Assembly (NCBI GenBank): GCA_019638025.1
Contig: JAHBUO010000003.1
Coordinates: 53,194-117,193 of the forward strand
DNA from: Ignavibacteriaceae bacterium
Lineage (GTDB): Bacteria; Bacteroidota; Ignavibacteria; Ignavibacteriales; Ignavibacteriaceae
Reading direction: 5' to 3'
Length of the DNA stretch: 64,000 nt
Shown: piece after piece, positions 30,153 through 40,454 of the stretch
Numbering within the stretch: position 1 is the first letter of the stretch
Layout of the letters: the number at the start of each line of letters is the position of its first letter
Notes under the pieces: generated by a model
What the model was told of the DNA's origin: nothing
Database searches by the model: none
Seen by the model: the letters and a program-made list of their open reading frames with translations, nothing else
Program-made: the position numbers and the translations under genes

Positions 30153-32168
30153 TTATTTTAGATATACCATTTTTCTAAACGCAGTAAATCCATCAGTTTT
30201 TAGTTGATAGAAATAGATTCCACTAGCTAAACCAAAATGGTCTGCATTAAAATTTACTTCGTAAGTACCTTGAGAAAACTTTTCACTATTTATTAAAACA
30301 GCTACTTCTTTTCCGAGAGTATTAAATACTTTCAGGTTAATTTCAGAATTATCAACATCTATCGGAATTGAAAATCTAATTTTTGTCTCAGGATTAAATG
30401 GATTTGGATAATTTTGTGCAAGTTCAAAAGATGTTGGAGCAATTGCATCTAATTCCAAAATTTGTGAATAAGTAAAAGAACCATCCATATCTATTTGCTT
30501 GAGTCTATAGTAGACCGATGAAAAACTATTAAAATTGTCGGTATAGCTATACTCCTTCAGATTTGTAGATGTTCCACTTCCATCAATAAATGCAACGGAA
30601 TTCCAAACAACATTATCAATTGATCTTTCTAACTCAAAACCTTTGTTGTTTTTTTCTGATGAAGTCTGCCATGATAATATTATTTTAAAATTCTCACGAC
30701 TCGCTTTAAATATCCAACCTTCTACAGGAAGCGGATGGAAATTAATTGCAGCAACCGCATTTATAATTCCCCACCCCATTAATCTATCAGGATTTAATGC
30801 ATTTGATGCAGTACTTCTTAAAGCATCTCTTACTTGTATCGGAGTTAAGTTAGGATTATGTGACAAGACTAACGCAGCCACACCTGCAGCTAATGGACAA
30901 CTAAATGATGTGCCACTTGCTGTTGAATAATTTGTGTTGGAGAATGTTGAAGCAACCGCGACACTGGAACCCATCGCCATGATGTCTGGTTTAATTCTCC
31001 CATCTATGGTATTACCCACACTGGAGAAGCTTGAACGTACTCCGCTCGATGTTACTGCCCCAACAGCAATAACACTATCTCCATCGGCAGGTGCACCTAA
31101 TGTATTAGTAAGTGTAGCCATACCTTCATTACCGGCAGAATTAAGAACGACAATCCCTTTTTTCACTGCTAAATCAGCAGCAATTGTAATTCGACATGTA
31201 TTTCCATCCATACTCTGCCAAGTGTAACTTGTATAAGGGAAATCGAAACCAATATATCCCAATGATGTTGAAGAAACATCAACTCCAATAGAATCAGCCC
31301 ATTCAATTGCTGCAATCCAATTATCTTCTTCAATCGGAGTTTCTGAATCGGTATTCTCAGTTTTTGCAAGAATATAACTTGATGCAAAAGCAGGACCTAT
31401 TAATTTAGTTTCCTTAAATCCACCAATGGTTGATAGCGTTTGAGTGCCATGAGTTCCTGTACCCATGTCACCATGGTCACCGACATTAGCATCATTATTC
31501 ACAAAATCCCAAGCAGCAATTATGTTCATTGTTGAAAATGATTCGTGTGATAAACGATTGAATCCGGCGTCTAAAACTGCAATTGTAACTCCTTGCCCTG
31601 TTATTCCCATATCATGAACAGCCGGGACGTTTATTTGCTGGAGCTGAGTGTAAGAGTTCCCATAATTATAAGTATGAACACCTTCTGGTTGAACTACAGT
31701 TTTGTTAAGGTTTACATTGTTTTCTTCAACAATTCTTCTTGAAGGGAGTTTGTAAACAATATCTATTCCTTTTACAAATGGAAGTGTTTCAATTTTATTT
31801 ATGAGTGATTGATTAACAATGGCAGTTACTCCATTTAACCACTTTGATTTTTGTTTAATCTTTAATCCGAGTTTTTCAAGATTCTCAATATATTCTTGAT
31901 TAACAGGTAAATCTGTAATATCAAGAAGTTCATTCGATTCAAATACTTTCTTTCTTCTTTCTAAAGATTTGGGGCTAACGATCAGAGAAGGACTTTTTCT
32001 AAGAATTTCAACTTCCGACCCTTTATCGTTGAAGAAAATCCAAGTAAGAATCTCTGTTTCCCCTTTTTGAATCTGGTAATCTAAAATGGGGGAAACTTTT
32101 TTAACCGGAACTTGCGCAAATGATATAAAAGTTAAATTAAATAAAACAATAAATAAAAATTTTTTCAC
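30153..32168 (-). CDS. S8-family subtilisin-like serine peptidase with a T9SS C-terminal domain
   Basis: Asp/His/Ser triad blocks VAVLDAGF, GTHGTQT and GTSFSCP, with an Fn3-like module and CTD (QNYPNPFNPET...GIYFYQL). The track start at 32219 overlaps metG. An in-frame GTG at 32168, preceded by AAGAGG, gives a normal signal peptide (VKKFLFIVLF...). Confidence 0.9.
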   Translation of the reverse strand: MKKFLFIVLFNLTFISFAQVPVKKVSPILDYQIQKGETEILTWIFFNDKGSEVEILRKSPSLIVSPKSLERRKKVFESNELLDITDLPVNQEYIENLEKLGLKIKQKSKWLNGVTAIVNQSLINKIETLPFVKGIDIVYKLPSRRIVEENNVNLNKTVVQPEGVHTYNYGNSYTQLQQINVPAVHDMGITGQGVTIAVLDAGFNRLSHESFSTMNIIAAWDFVNNDANVGDHGDMGTGTHGTQTLSTIGGFKETKLIGPAFASSYILAKTENTDSETPIEEDNWIAAIEWADSIGVDVSSTSLGYIGFDFPYTSYTWQSMDGNTCRITIAADLAVKKGIVVLNSAGNEGMATLTNTLGAPADGDSVIAVGAVTSSGVRSSFSSVGNTIDGRIKPDIMAMGSSVAVASTFSNTNYSTASGTSFSCPLAAGVAALVLSHNPNLTPIQVRDALRSTASNALNPDRLMGWGIINAVAAINFHPLPVEGWIFKASRENFKIILSWQTSSEKNNKGFELERSIDNVVWNSVAFIDGSGTSTNLKEYSYTDNFNSFSSVYYRLKQIDMDGSFTYSQILELDAIAPTSFELAQNYPNPFNPETKIRFSIPIDVDNSEINLKVFNTLGKEVAVLINSEKFSQGTYEVNFNADHFGLASGIYFYQLKTDGFTAFRKMVYLK

Positions 32169-32178
32169 TTTGTACCTC

Positions 32179-34227
32179 TTACTTTGCTCTTGTTCCAAGT
32201 GGAATATTTTCATCCACATTTAATAATGTTAATTTACCGGATTCATCTTCAAGCGCAAGAATCATCCCTTGCGATTCTAACCCCATTAATTTAGCCGGTT
32301 TTAAATTTGCAACCATTATAATTTTTCTGTTTATAATATCTTCGGGAGAAAATGACTTTGCAATTCCGGCAATCACCTGTCGCTTTTCCTCTCCAAGTTC
32401 CACTTGAAGTTTTAAAAGTTTCTCACTCTTTGCAACTTTTTCGGCTGAAATTATTTTTGCAACACGAAGATGGACTTTCATAAAATCATCATAAGTGATT
32501 AATGGAGTTTCTTCCATCGGTTCAATATTATTTTCTGCTGAATTGCTCAAAATATTCATTTTAGTTTCAATAACCGAATCTTCAATTTTCGTAAAAAGAA
32601 TTTCTGGTTGTCCAAGTTTATGACCCTCGGTAAGATTAGGTTTTCCTGACTCTTTCCAATCGATTGACTTAGAATTCAGCATCTTAAATATTTTTTCTGA
32701 ACTAAAAGGAATCACCGGACTTAATAATTCAGCAAGTGTAAAAATAGTTTGTAACGAAATATTTAATGTTGTTGCACATTCATCTCTGTTTGATTTTATA
32801 GTTTTCCATGGTTCAGAATCATTAAAATATTTGTTTCCTGCGCGGGCAAGATTCATTATTTCGGCAACACCATCTTTAATTTTGTATCTTTCGAAATACT
32901 CTGCTATTCGACTTGGATAACTTTCAACAAGCTTGAGCATTTCGGAATCTCTTTCCGATAGAGTATTTTGATTCGGTACAATTCCATCAAAGTGTTTATG
33001 TACAAAAGTAAAAGTTCTATTTATAAAATTACCGAGAATGTCAGCTAATTCATTATTATTACGCGCTTGAAATTCTTTCCAATAAAAATCGGTATCCCTA
33101 TTTTCCGGAAGATTTGCGGCGAGTGTATATCTTAGCGGATCAGCCGGAAACTCTTTTAGAAAATCTATTGCATCAATTCCCCAATTTCGGCTTTTAGAAA
33201 ATTTCTTCCCTTCGAAATTAAGAAATTCATTAGCGGGAACATTTTGGGGAAGAATATATTTTTCTTCAGAAGCATCATTCCATGCCATTAACATTGCAGG
33301 GAAAATTATTGTATGGAAAACTATATTGTCTTTCCCTATAAATGCGATGTACTTTGTTGAAGAATCTTGCCAATAATTTTTCCATAAATCGGGATTTCCA
33401 ATCTTTGCAGAAAGTTCTTTTGTAGCTGAAATATAACCCAAAACTGCCTCAAACCAGACATAAAATACTTTACCTTCAGCACCATCCAATGGGACTTTCA
33501 CACCCCAATCCAAGTCACGTGTATAAGCTCTATCAGTTAGACCTTCTTTGAACCAACTTTTACAATATTGAAGAACTGTATCTTTCCATCCAAACTTTTC
33601 ATTCATATCACCGACATATTTTTCAAGACGCTCTTGAAATTCATTCAGCGGGAAATACCAGTGAGTTGTTTCTTTTAGAATTGGACGATTGCCACTTATT
33701 TTACTAACCGGATTGATTAATTCTGTCTGTTCATAAAGAGCGCCGCAATTTTCACATTCATCACTTCTTGCAGATTCATTTCCACATTTTGGGCAAGTTC
33801 CTTCTACATATCGATCCGGTAAAAACATTTTCTTCGATTCATCAAAAAACTGAAGTGATTTTTTTTCCTTCAGCAATCCTTGATTATAATACTTCAGAAA
33901 AAATTCTTTAGCCGTTTCGTGATGTTCAGGTAAGCTCGTTCGTGAATAAATATCGAAACTCATTCCAAATTTTTCAAATGATTCACGATTGAGATTGTGA
34001 AACCTATCAATTACATCTTTTGGTGTTATTTTTTCTTTATCAGCTGTAATGGTTATTGGTACACCATGTTCATCGGAGCCGCAAATATAGAGAATATCGT
34101 TGCCATTCAGACGTTTATATCTTACATAAATATCTGCAGGCAAATAGGCTCCGCTTAGGTGACCGAGGTGAATCGGTCCGTTGGCATATGGTAAAGCTGA
34201 AGTAACAATGACTTTTTCTTTGTTCAA
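32179..34227 (-). CDS. metG: Methionine--tRNA ligase
   Basis: HIGH motif (PIHLGHLSG), KMSKS variant (KFSKSRN), zinc knuckle CPKCG...CENCG, and a C-terminal Trbp111/EMAP-type tRNA-binding domain. Confidence 0.97.
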   Translation of the reverse strand: MNKEKVIVTSALPYANGPIHLGHLSGAYLPADIYVRYKRLNGNDILYICGSDEHGVPITITADKEKITPKDVIDRFHNLNRESFEKFGMSFDIYSRTSLPEHHETAKEFFLKYYNQGLLKEKKSLQFFDESKKMFLPDRYVEGTCPKCGNESARSDECENCGALYEQTELINPVSKISGNRPILKETTHWYFPLNEFQERLEKYVGDMNEKFGWKDTVLQYCKSWFKEGLTDRAYTRDLDWGVKVPLDGAEGKVFYVWFEAVLGYISATKELSAKIGNPDLWKNYWQDSSTKYIAFIGKDNIVFHTIIFPAMLMAWNDASEEKYILPQNVPANEFLNFEGKKFSKSRNWGIDAIDFLKEFPADPLRYTLAANLPENRDTDFYWKEFQARNNNELADILGNFINRTFTFVHKHFDGIVPNQNTLSERDSEMLKLVESYPSRIAEYFERYKIKDGVAEIMNLARAGNKYFNDSEPWKTIKSNRDECATTLNISLQTIFTLAELLSPVIPFSSEKIFKMLNSKSIDWKESGKPNLTEGHKLGQPEILFTKIEDSVIETKMNILSNSAENNIEPMEETPLITYDDFMKVHLRVAKIISAEKVAKSEKLLKLQVELGEEKRQVIAGIAKSFSPEDIINRKIIMVANLKPAKLMGLESQGMILALEDESGKLTLLNVDENIPLGTRAK

Positions 34228-34330
34228 TTTTATTCCGTAATTTTGAAAAACAATGTTGGTAAATATAACGAAAAATTAAAGTGAATTTTCGAAACCTTCC
34301 ATAATTTAATGACTATTTTTTGAGGTTATT

Positions 34331-35788
34331 TTGGAACTGTCAACAATTCTGATATTAATATTTTTAGTACTAAATCTTTTGCTGTTGGTTATTCTTCTGA
34401 ATAGAACCGGTAAGAGTAACGAGAATTTATCCTTGCCACAAATCACTAGTGAGTTTGAAAGAGTAAGTGATAAATCCGAAGAAAAAATTAAAAACGAGTT
34501 TTCGAGAAATCGTGAAGAGTCTTCAAATCAATCACGGCAAAGTCGAGAGGAATTGATGAACTCTTTCAAGAAATTAGAGGATTCACTCATTTCTCAAATT
34601 AAAAATTTTTCAGAGCGATTGGATAAGTTGATTGATACGCTTGACCAACGTATTGAGTCGTTCACAAAAATGACAAGAGAAGATTCAGCAAACTTTCAAA
34701 GAAATACTACCGAGACACTGATTAAACAGCTCTCTGAAGCCTCGCTTCAGCAAAAACATGAGCTTAATCTCTTCTCGGAAAAATTAGAAAAATTAATTTC
34801 AATGAATGAACAGAAATTTGAGAACTTAAGGGAAAAAGTCGAAGGGAAATTGAATTCTATTCAAGAAGCAAACACTGCCAAATTGGAAGAAATGCGAATT
34901 ACGGTTGATGAAAAACTTCATTCGACTTTGGAAAAAAGATTGGGTGAATCGTTTCAATTAGTTAGTGAAAGATTGGAACTTGTACATAAAGGTCTCGGCG
35001 AAATGCAAAATTTGGCTTCCGGTGTTGGTGATTTGAAAAAAGTATTAACCAATGTAAAAGCTCGAGGCACTTGGGGAGAAATTCAACTTGAAAATTTAAT
35101 CGAACAAATTCTTACACAAGAGCAGTATTCGAAGAATGTGCCGACTAAAAAAGGAAGCAATGACCGTGTAGAATTCGCAATCAAAATGCCCGGTAGAGGT
35201 CGTGATAAAGGGGATGTTCTGTGGCTTCCTATCGATGCAAAATTCCCGATGGAGGATTATCAAAGATTGGTAACCGCCCAAGAAGTTGCTGATGTAAATT
35301 TAATTGAGGAATCCTCTAAAGCGTTAGAAAATAGAATTAAGAGTGAAGCTAAATCCATCTCAGAAAAATATATTGACCCACCCAACACCACTGATGTTGC
35401 ACTCTTATTTCTTCCTGTTGAAAGTTTGTATGCAGAAGTATTACGCAGACCGGGTCTATTCGAAAAAATTCAAAATGACTTTAAAGTTATTTTAACCGGT
35501 CCAACCACTCTAACCGCTATTTTAAATAGTTTACAAATGGGATTCAAAACATTAGTAATTGAGAAGCGGTCATCAGAAGTTTGGAATTTGTTAGGTGGTG
35601 TTAAAACTGATTTTTCAAAGTTTGGTGATATTCTCGATAAAACTTATAAAAAACTCCAAGAAGCAAGTAATACTATTGAGGATGCCGCAAAAAAGACTAG
35701 AACTATTGAACGAAAACTTAGAAATGTACAAGAACTTCCGGTGAGCAACCAAGAAAAACTCCTCCCCGATTCAAGTGATGAGGAATAG
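34331..35788 (+). CDS. rmuC: DNA recombination protein RmuC
   Basis: N-terminal TM, long coiled-coil, and a conserved RmuC nuclease-like C-terminal region (RGTWGEIQLENL, VEFAIK.P, LPIDAKFP, FLP.ESLY). TTG start. Confidence 0.88.
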   Translation: MELSTILILIFLVLNLLLLVILLNRTGKSNENLSLPQITSEFERVSDKSEEKIKNEFSRNREESSNQSRQSREELMNSFKKLEDSLISQIKNFSERLDKLIDTLDQRIESFTKMTREDSANFQRNTTETLIKQLSEASLQQKHELNLFSEKLEKLISMNEQKFENLREKVEGKLNSIQEANTAKLEEMRITVDEKLHSTLEKRLGESFQLVSERLELVHKGLGEMQNLASGVGDLKKVLTNVKARGTWGEIQLENLIEQILTQEQYSKNVPTKKGSNDRVEFAIKMPGRGRDKGDVLWLPIDAKFPMEDYQRLVTAQEVADVNLIEESSKALENRIKSEAKSISEKYIDPPNTTDVALLFLPVESLYAEVLRRPGLFEKIQNDFKVILTGPTTLTAILNSLQMGFKTLVIEKRSSEVWNLLGGVKTDFSKFGDILDKTYKKLQEASNTIEDAAKKTRTIERKLRNVQELPVSNQEKLLPDSSDEE

Positions 35789-35791
35789 TTA

Positions 35792-36664
35792 ATGCAGCAT
35801 AAAACAACTTTTTCATTACTCGTTCTGTTTCTTATTCTTTCTACTGTTGGCTATTCACAAACTACTTTCGAATTTCTACCGGATGGAATCAGTTTTCTCC
35901 CATTACGAGCTAACAAACAAGAAGCTAAAATAGGTGTTTTATATTATCCTGATAATGCCAATCTCAAAGTTGATATTGGGAATAATATGGACCTTCTCGG
36001 TTTTCAATTTGATAAGGAGAAAAAACTCACTTTCGGAATTGAGTTTATGGCGTATGCAAACGTAATAGGTTACGAACAATTACGCTTGCAAATTGATGCA
36101 ATCGACGGTTTCTTCGGTGGTAACGCTATTTATCAAATTAATTATGATAAAAATCAGTTAGCATTTCGATTCAGGTTTATTCATAATAGTGCTCACCTCG
36201 TTGATGGAAACTGGTGGATTCACAAATACCCACGTAACTGGACTAAGCCGGGTGGACCTATTCCTTATACACGTGATTTTGCCGAATTAATGGTTGCAAA
36301 TTCCTTTAACTTGAAAAATTATCATACTCGAGTTTATAGTGGATTTGCATATTCATTCAGAGTTAGACCTTCTGAATTAAAGCGTCCGGGTTTTTCTTCA
36401 GGATTTGAGATTCATAATTCCGAATTAATTTCGTCTTTGTTTGAGAAACCCACTATTTTGTTTATCGCAAACCATTTTACTTTAGAAGGTGTTCCAAAAT
36501 ATTCCGGAACTAATCATTTGCAAGGTGGGATCAAGTTTGGAGAACTAAACTCAAAAGGAATAATTTTTTATCTCTCATATTTTTCCGGAAACAATCTCTT
36601 CAGCGAATATTATTCAGAAAAGCTAAAAAAATTTGGTATCGGTTTTACCGTTGATTTCCCTTAA
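35792..36664 (+). CDS. Putative outer-membrane protein (DUF1207-like)
   Basis: Signal peptide, beta-rich sequence, and an IHNSAHLVDG block reminiscent of DUF1207 (H.SsHlGDE). It starts 3 nt after rmuC. Confidence 0.55.
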   Translation: MQHKTTFSLLVLFLILSTVGYSQTTFEFLPDGISFLPLRANKQEAKIGVLYYPDNANLKVDIGNNMDLLGFQFDKEKKLTFGIEFMAYANVIGYEQLRLQIDAIDGFFGGNAIYQINYDKNQLAFRFRFIHNSAHLVDGNWWIHKYPRNWTKPGGPIPYTRDFAELMVANSFNLKNYHTRVYSGFAYSFRVRPSELKRPGFSSGFEIHNSELISSLFEKPTILFIANHFTLEGVPKYSGTNHLQGGIKFGELNSKGIIFYLSYFSGNNLFSEYYSEKLKKFGIGFTVDFP

Positions 36665-36718
36665 TATAACGCCGTAAATATTATCAACCGTTCATAACAA
36701 ATCGGATTCAATCCAAAC

Positions 36719-36738
36719 TTGAAACTTTTAAGTTTCAA
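36719..36738 (+). terminator. Hairpin (possible terminator or attenuator) between the OMP gene and the ABC operon
   Basis: 9-bp inverted repeat TTGAAACTT/AAGTTTCAA around a 2-nt centre, followed by T-rich sequence. There is no long U-tract. Confidence 0.35.
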
Positions 36739-36770
36739 TTCAGGTTTAGTTCTATAAAGTATAGAGAAAT

Positions 36771-37688
36771 ATGGAAAAAATAATTGAGATAAGTAATCTC
36801 ACAAAAACATATAAAAATTTAACCGCAGTAAATAATCTCAGTCTTAATGTATTCAAAGGAGATGTGTTTGGGTTTTTAGGCCCAAATGGTGCAGGTAAGA
36901 GTACAACAATCAGAATGCTCCTCACACTGATAAAACCTACCAATGGTGAAATTAAAATATTCGATAAAAACCTTAATACCAATCGAAATGAAATATTAAA
37001 GAAGATTGGTGCGATAGTCGAGAAACCTGATTTCTATGGGTATTTAACTGCATTCAAAAACTTAGAAATCTTAGGAAAAATTTCGGGTTGTGATGTTTCC
37101 AAAAATAAGATAATGGGAATTTTAGATTTAGTAGGTTTAAAAAGTAGATTCAATAGCAAAGTAAAAACTTTTTCACATGGAATGAAGCAACGTTTAGGTA
37201 TTGCTCAAGCTCTTTTACACGACCCGGAGTTAATCATTTTGGATGAGCCTACAACAGGACTCGACCCGCAAGGGATGAAAGAAATTAGAGACTTAATAAC
37301 ACTACTAAGTAAAGAAAAGAATAAAACTATTTTTCTCTCTTCACACATACTTTACGAAGTTGAGTTGGTAGCAAATCGCATGGTGATTATTAACAAAGGG
37401 GCTACAAAAGTTGAAGGTTATGTAAATGATTTATTAAATGCTGCGAACTTAAAAGTCACTGTCGGCTTTAACCCGAATGAATTTATTAAATCAATAATAA
37501 ATGAATCGTTATGGCAGAAAAATATCGACTCAATTACCGATTCAAAAATCATATTCAATTTAACTTCCGACCAAATACCCGATTTAAATAAATACTTAGT
37601 TCAACACGATATTGAAGTAAATTCTATTGTTCCGATGAGATCATTAGAGGAATATTTTTTAGATATTACGGAGAAGTCTGCTTCATGA
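36771..37688 (+). CDS. ABC transporter ATP-binding protein
   Basis: Walker A GPNGAGKST, signature FSHGMKQRLGIA, and Walker B LIILDEPTTGLD. Confidence 0.93.
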   Translation: MEKIIEISNLTKTYKNLTAVNNLSLNVFKGDVFGFLGPNGAGKSTTIRMLLTLIKPTNGEIKIFDKNLNTNRNEILKKIGAIVEKPDFYGYLTAFKNLEILGKISGCDVSKNKIMGILDLVGLKSRFNSKVKTFSHGMKQRLGIAQALLHDPELIILDEPTTGLDPQGMKEIRDLITLLSKEKNKTIFLSSHILYEVELVANRMVIINKGATKVEGYVNDLLNAANLKVTVGFNPNEFIKSIINESLWQKNIDSITDSKIIFNLTSDQIPDLNKYLVQHDIEVNSIVPMRSLEEYFLDITEKSAS

Positions 37689-38521
37689 TAAGTTTAGTTT
37701 CAATTGAATTGTATAAAATTTTCAAAAAATGGCGTTCATACATTGGATTTTTGGCAATTTCGGTTTTAGTCCCAATTATACAAATCGCACTTCTCATTGA
37801 AGGAGAAAAGTACCTCGAGTTTCTCACACAGAACTTACAGCAAACATTTGTTTTTGTCGGTAATCTCCTTAACGGATATTTAATTGCATTTATAGTGTTG
37901 GGAAGTTTTTGGGTACACATTCCATTCTTAGTAACTTTGGTTACAGGTGATTTATTAGCAGGTGAAGCAACCTCGGGGACTTATAGAATGTTGATAACCC
38001 GACCTGTATCTCGACTTAAATTAGTTACCGCAAAATTCATTGCCGGATTAATCTATACTCATTCACTCGTACTTTGGTTGTCAATTGTGAGTCTTGTTTT
38101 AGGGATTATTCTATTTGGAACCGGTGAATTGATTGTCATCGGAGAAAAAATAGTTATATTCTCAAAAGATGATATTATCTGGAGGTTTTTACTCGCTTAT
38201 GGTTATGCGGCACTATCAATGAGTGTGGTAGCATCATTGGGATTCTTACTCTCTTCTCTTGTTGAAAATGCCATTGGACCAATTATTTCGACAATGGCAA
38301 TTATAATCGTATTTACGGTTCTTTCCGCACTCAATTTTGATTTCTTCATTGAGTTGAGACCATATTTGTTCACTAATTATATGCCTCTATGGAGAAGCTT
38401 CTTTGATGATCCGATTGATTATTCCGAAGTACTCAAGAGTGGGTTCATCCTCTTGGGACACGTTATTTCCTTTTTTGGACTTACAATATATTTATTTAAC
38501 AAAAAAGATATCTTATCATAA
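37685..38521 (+). CDS. ABC-2-type transporter permease
   Basis: Six predicted hydrophobic helices and an ATGA overlap with the ATPase gene. Confidence 0.8.
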   Translation: MISLVSIELYKIFKKWRSYIGFLAISVLVPIIQIALLIEGEKYLEFLTQNLQQTFVFVGNLLNGYLIAFIVLGSFWVHIPFLVTLVTGDLLAGEATSGTYRMLITRPVSRLKLVTAKFIAGLIYTHSLVLWLSIVSLVLGIILFGTGELIVIGEKIVIFSKDDIIWRFLLAYGYAALSMSVVASLGFLLSSLVENAIGPIISTMAIIIVFTVLSALNFDFFIELRPYLFTNYMPLWRSFFDDPIDYSEVLKSGFILLGHVISFFGLTIYLFNKKDILS

Positions 38522-38523
38522 TT

Positions 38524-39249
38524 ATGAAATTTTCAAGACTACTAACCATTGTATTAATACTACTTGCTTCAAGTATTTCGTTTCCTCAAAAGCTAACGCC
38601 TGAATCTATTGTAGAAAATGTTCGAAAAAAGTTTTATGAGGTAGAAGATTATCAAGTTGATGTTAAAATTAACGTCGATGTAGATTTCTTAAAAGTACCT
38701 GAAACTAAAGCAAAAATATTTTTCAGACAACCTGATAAAATAAAGTTCAATTCAGAAGGCTTTGCATTACTACCGCGAGAGGGATTAAATTTTTCACCTC
38801 TTACTGTACTACAAGGAGATTTTACAACTCTTTTAGAAAAAGAAGATTTACTTGATGGTAAAAATGTTTATGTTATCAAGATTATTCCTCTTGGTGGAGC
38901 CAGTGAGGTAATTTTGACAACTTTGTGGATTGATAAAAAAGATTTCATTATTTATAAAGTCGAATCAACTACAAAAATGAATGGAACATTTTATATAGAT
39001 TTGAAATATGAACATAAAAATTCTAAATATCCTCTTCCTTCTTCGTTAGTCTTCACTTTTGATATTTCACGAACAAGTTTGCCGACAGCAATTGCGGGAG
39101 GATATACAGACTCCAAAAAAGATGAAAAAGAAAGATCCGGGCGTAAGAAAAAAAATAAACTAACCAAGGGAACAGTTACTATCTCCTATTCAAACTATAT
39201 CATCAATAAAGGAATAGATGATTCAATTTTCGAAGAGAGGAAAAAATGA
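38524..39249 (+). CDS. LolA-like outer-membrane lipoprotein-sorting/carrier-fold protein
   Basis: Signal peptide, then a pattern typical of LolA-fold accessory proteins that follow ABC-2 permeases (...YQVDVKINVD...KIKFNSEGF...). Basic Lys-rich segment near the C-terminus. Confidence 0.6.
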   Translation: MKFSRLLTIVLILLASSISFPQKLTPESIVENVRKKFYEVEDYQVDVKINVDVDFLKVPETKAKIFFRQPDKIKFNSEGFALLPREGLNFSPLTVLQGDFTTLLEKEDLLDGKNVYVIKIIPLGGASEVILTTLWIDKKDFIIYKVESTTKMNGTFYIDLKYEHKNSKYPLPSSLVFTFDISRTSLPTAIAGGYTDSKKDEKERSGRKKKNKLTKGTVTISYSNYIINKGIDDSIFEERKK

Positions 39250-40154
39250 AATTAGTTTTATTGTTTTTCGTTTCATCAATATTTGTGATTAATAATTTAG
39301 CTCAAACTAATTACAGTTATGATGTAACTGATTGGCAAATAGTTGCTGAGGATTGTGAATTTCCCGAAGGTCCTGCTTATGATGGAAAAGGTAATCTATA
39401 TTTTTCAAATTGCTATGGAAGCTGGATTGGAAAATATGACGGTATTGTGGCAAAGAAATTCTTATCCAAAAGTGATTCTTCATTTACCATTTCAAAGACA
39501 AACGGTTTAACTTTCGGGAAGGATGGATTTATCTATGCCTGTGATTATGGAATTGGTGCTATCTTGAAAATTTTTCATGAAGGAAGTTCAGAGATTTTAA
39601 TTGATGGATATTACAATGTTAAATTTAATAGACCAAATGATTTAGCATTTTCACCAAGTGGTAAATTGTTTTTTACCGATCCCAAGTCGTATGACAAGAA
39701 TAATCTTGATGGTAGAATATTTAAGTATGATTTCAAATCGAATAAAACAGAGTTGATTTCTGAAGGACTCGGATTTCCGAATGGAATTGCATTTAGTCCC
39801 GATGGTAAGTATTTATTTGTTTGTGAATCAGCACTCCAAAGAGTACTTAAATATGAAATAAATGTTGATGAAAAATTATCTTCACCAAAAGCTATTATCG
39901 ACTTACCCGGAGGAGACCCTGACGGAATTGCATTTGATGTTAATGGGAATTTGTGGATTGCTCATTTTGGTGGAAAAGCAGTTTATGTGGTTACTCAATC
40001 GGGTGAATTAATTTCAAAGATTGAAACACCGGGAATGAAGCCGAGCAATCTTGAATTCGGCGGTTTGGATATGAAAACTCTTTTTCTAACTGAAACAGAA
40101 ACCAATAAAGTTTATCAGTTAAATGTAGATGTCCCCGGGTTGAAATTATTTTAG
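39246..40154 (+). CDS. SMP-30/gluconolactonase/LRE-family beta-propeller protein
   Basis: Signal peptide and repeated propeller blocks (EGPAYD, PNDLAFSPSG, FPNGIAFSPDGKYLFV, PDGIAFDVNGNLWIA). Confidence 0.85.
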   Translation: MKLVLLFFVSSIFVINNLAQTNYSYDVTDWQIVAEDCEFPEGPAYDGKGNLYFSNCYGSWIGKYDGIVAKKFLSKSDSSFTISKTNGLTFGKDGFIYACDYGIGAILKIFHEGSSEILIDGYYNVKFNRPNDLAFSPSGKLFFTDPKSYDKNNLDGRIFKYDFKSNKTELISEGLGFPNGIAFSPDGKYLFVCESALQRVLKYEINVDEKLSSPKAIIDLPGGDPDGIAFDVNGNLWIAHFGGKAVYVVTQSGELISKIETPGMKPSNLEFGGLDMKTLFLTETETNKVYQLNVDVPGLKLF

Positions 40155-40160
40155 AATAAT

Positions 40161-40454
40161 TTATAAAATCCAATCTTTCAGAAAAGGTTGATATTTTACC
40201 GGTTCAAACTCAAAGAATTTGTAATCTGCAACATTATTCAACTTATATGGGTCATTGTTAAAAAAATTTTCAAGAGTTTCTAAACTTTCACTTTTACAGA
40301 TAACTATTCCTCCATCTTTTGGATTTCGAGGTCCGGACATTAAAATCTGTCCATCGTCATATCCAAGCTGTAAAAATTCACGATGGCTCTGAACAAACTT
40401 CAGAACATCTTCAAATGGGACTTTATAATTAATATGGACTACAAATTTTTGCAT
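40161..40454 (-). CDS. YciI-family protein
   Basis: 97-aa protein with a YCII-like pattern (H.EFL...Y..G.....GP......GG..I....S.E....F...DPY). Confidence 0.7.
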   Translation of the reverse strand: MQKFVVHINYKVPFEDVLKFVQSHREFLQLGYDDGQILMSGPRNPKDGGIVICKSESLETLENFFNNDPYKLNNVADYKFFEFEPVKYQPFLKDWIL

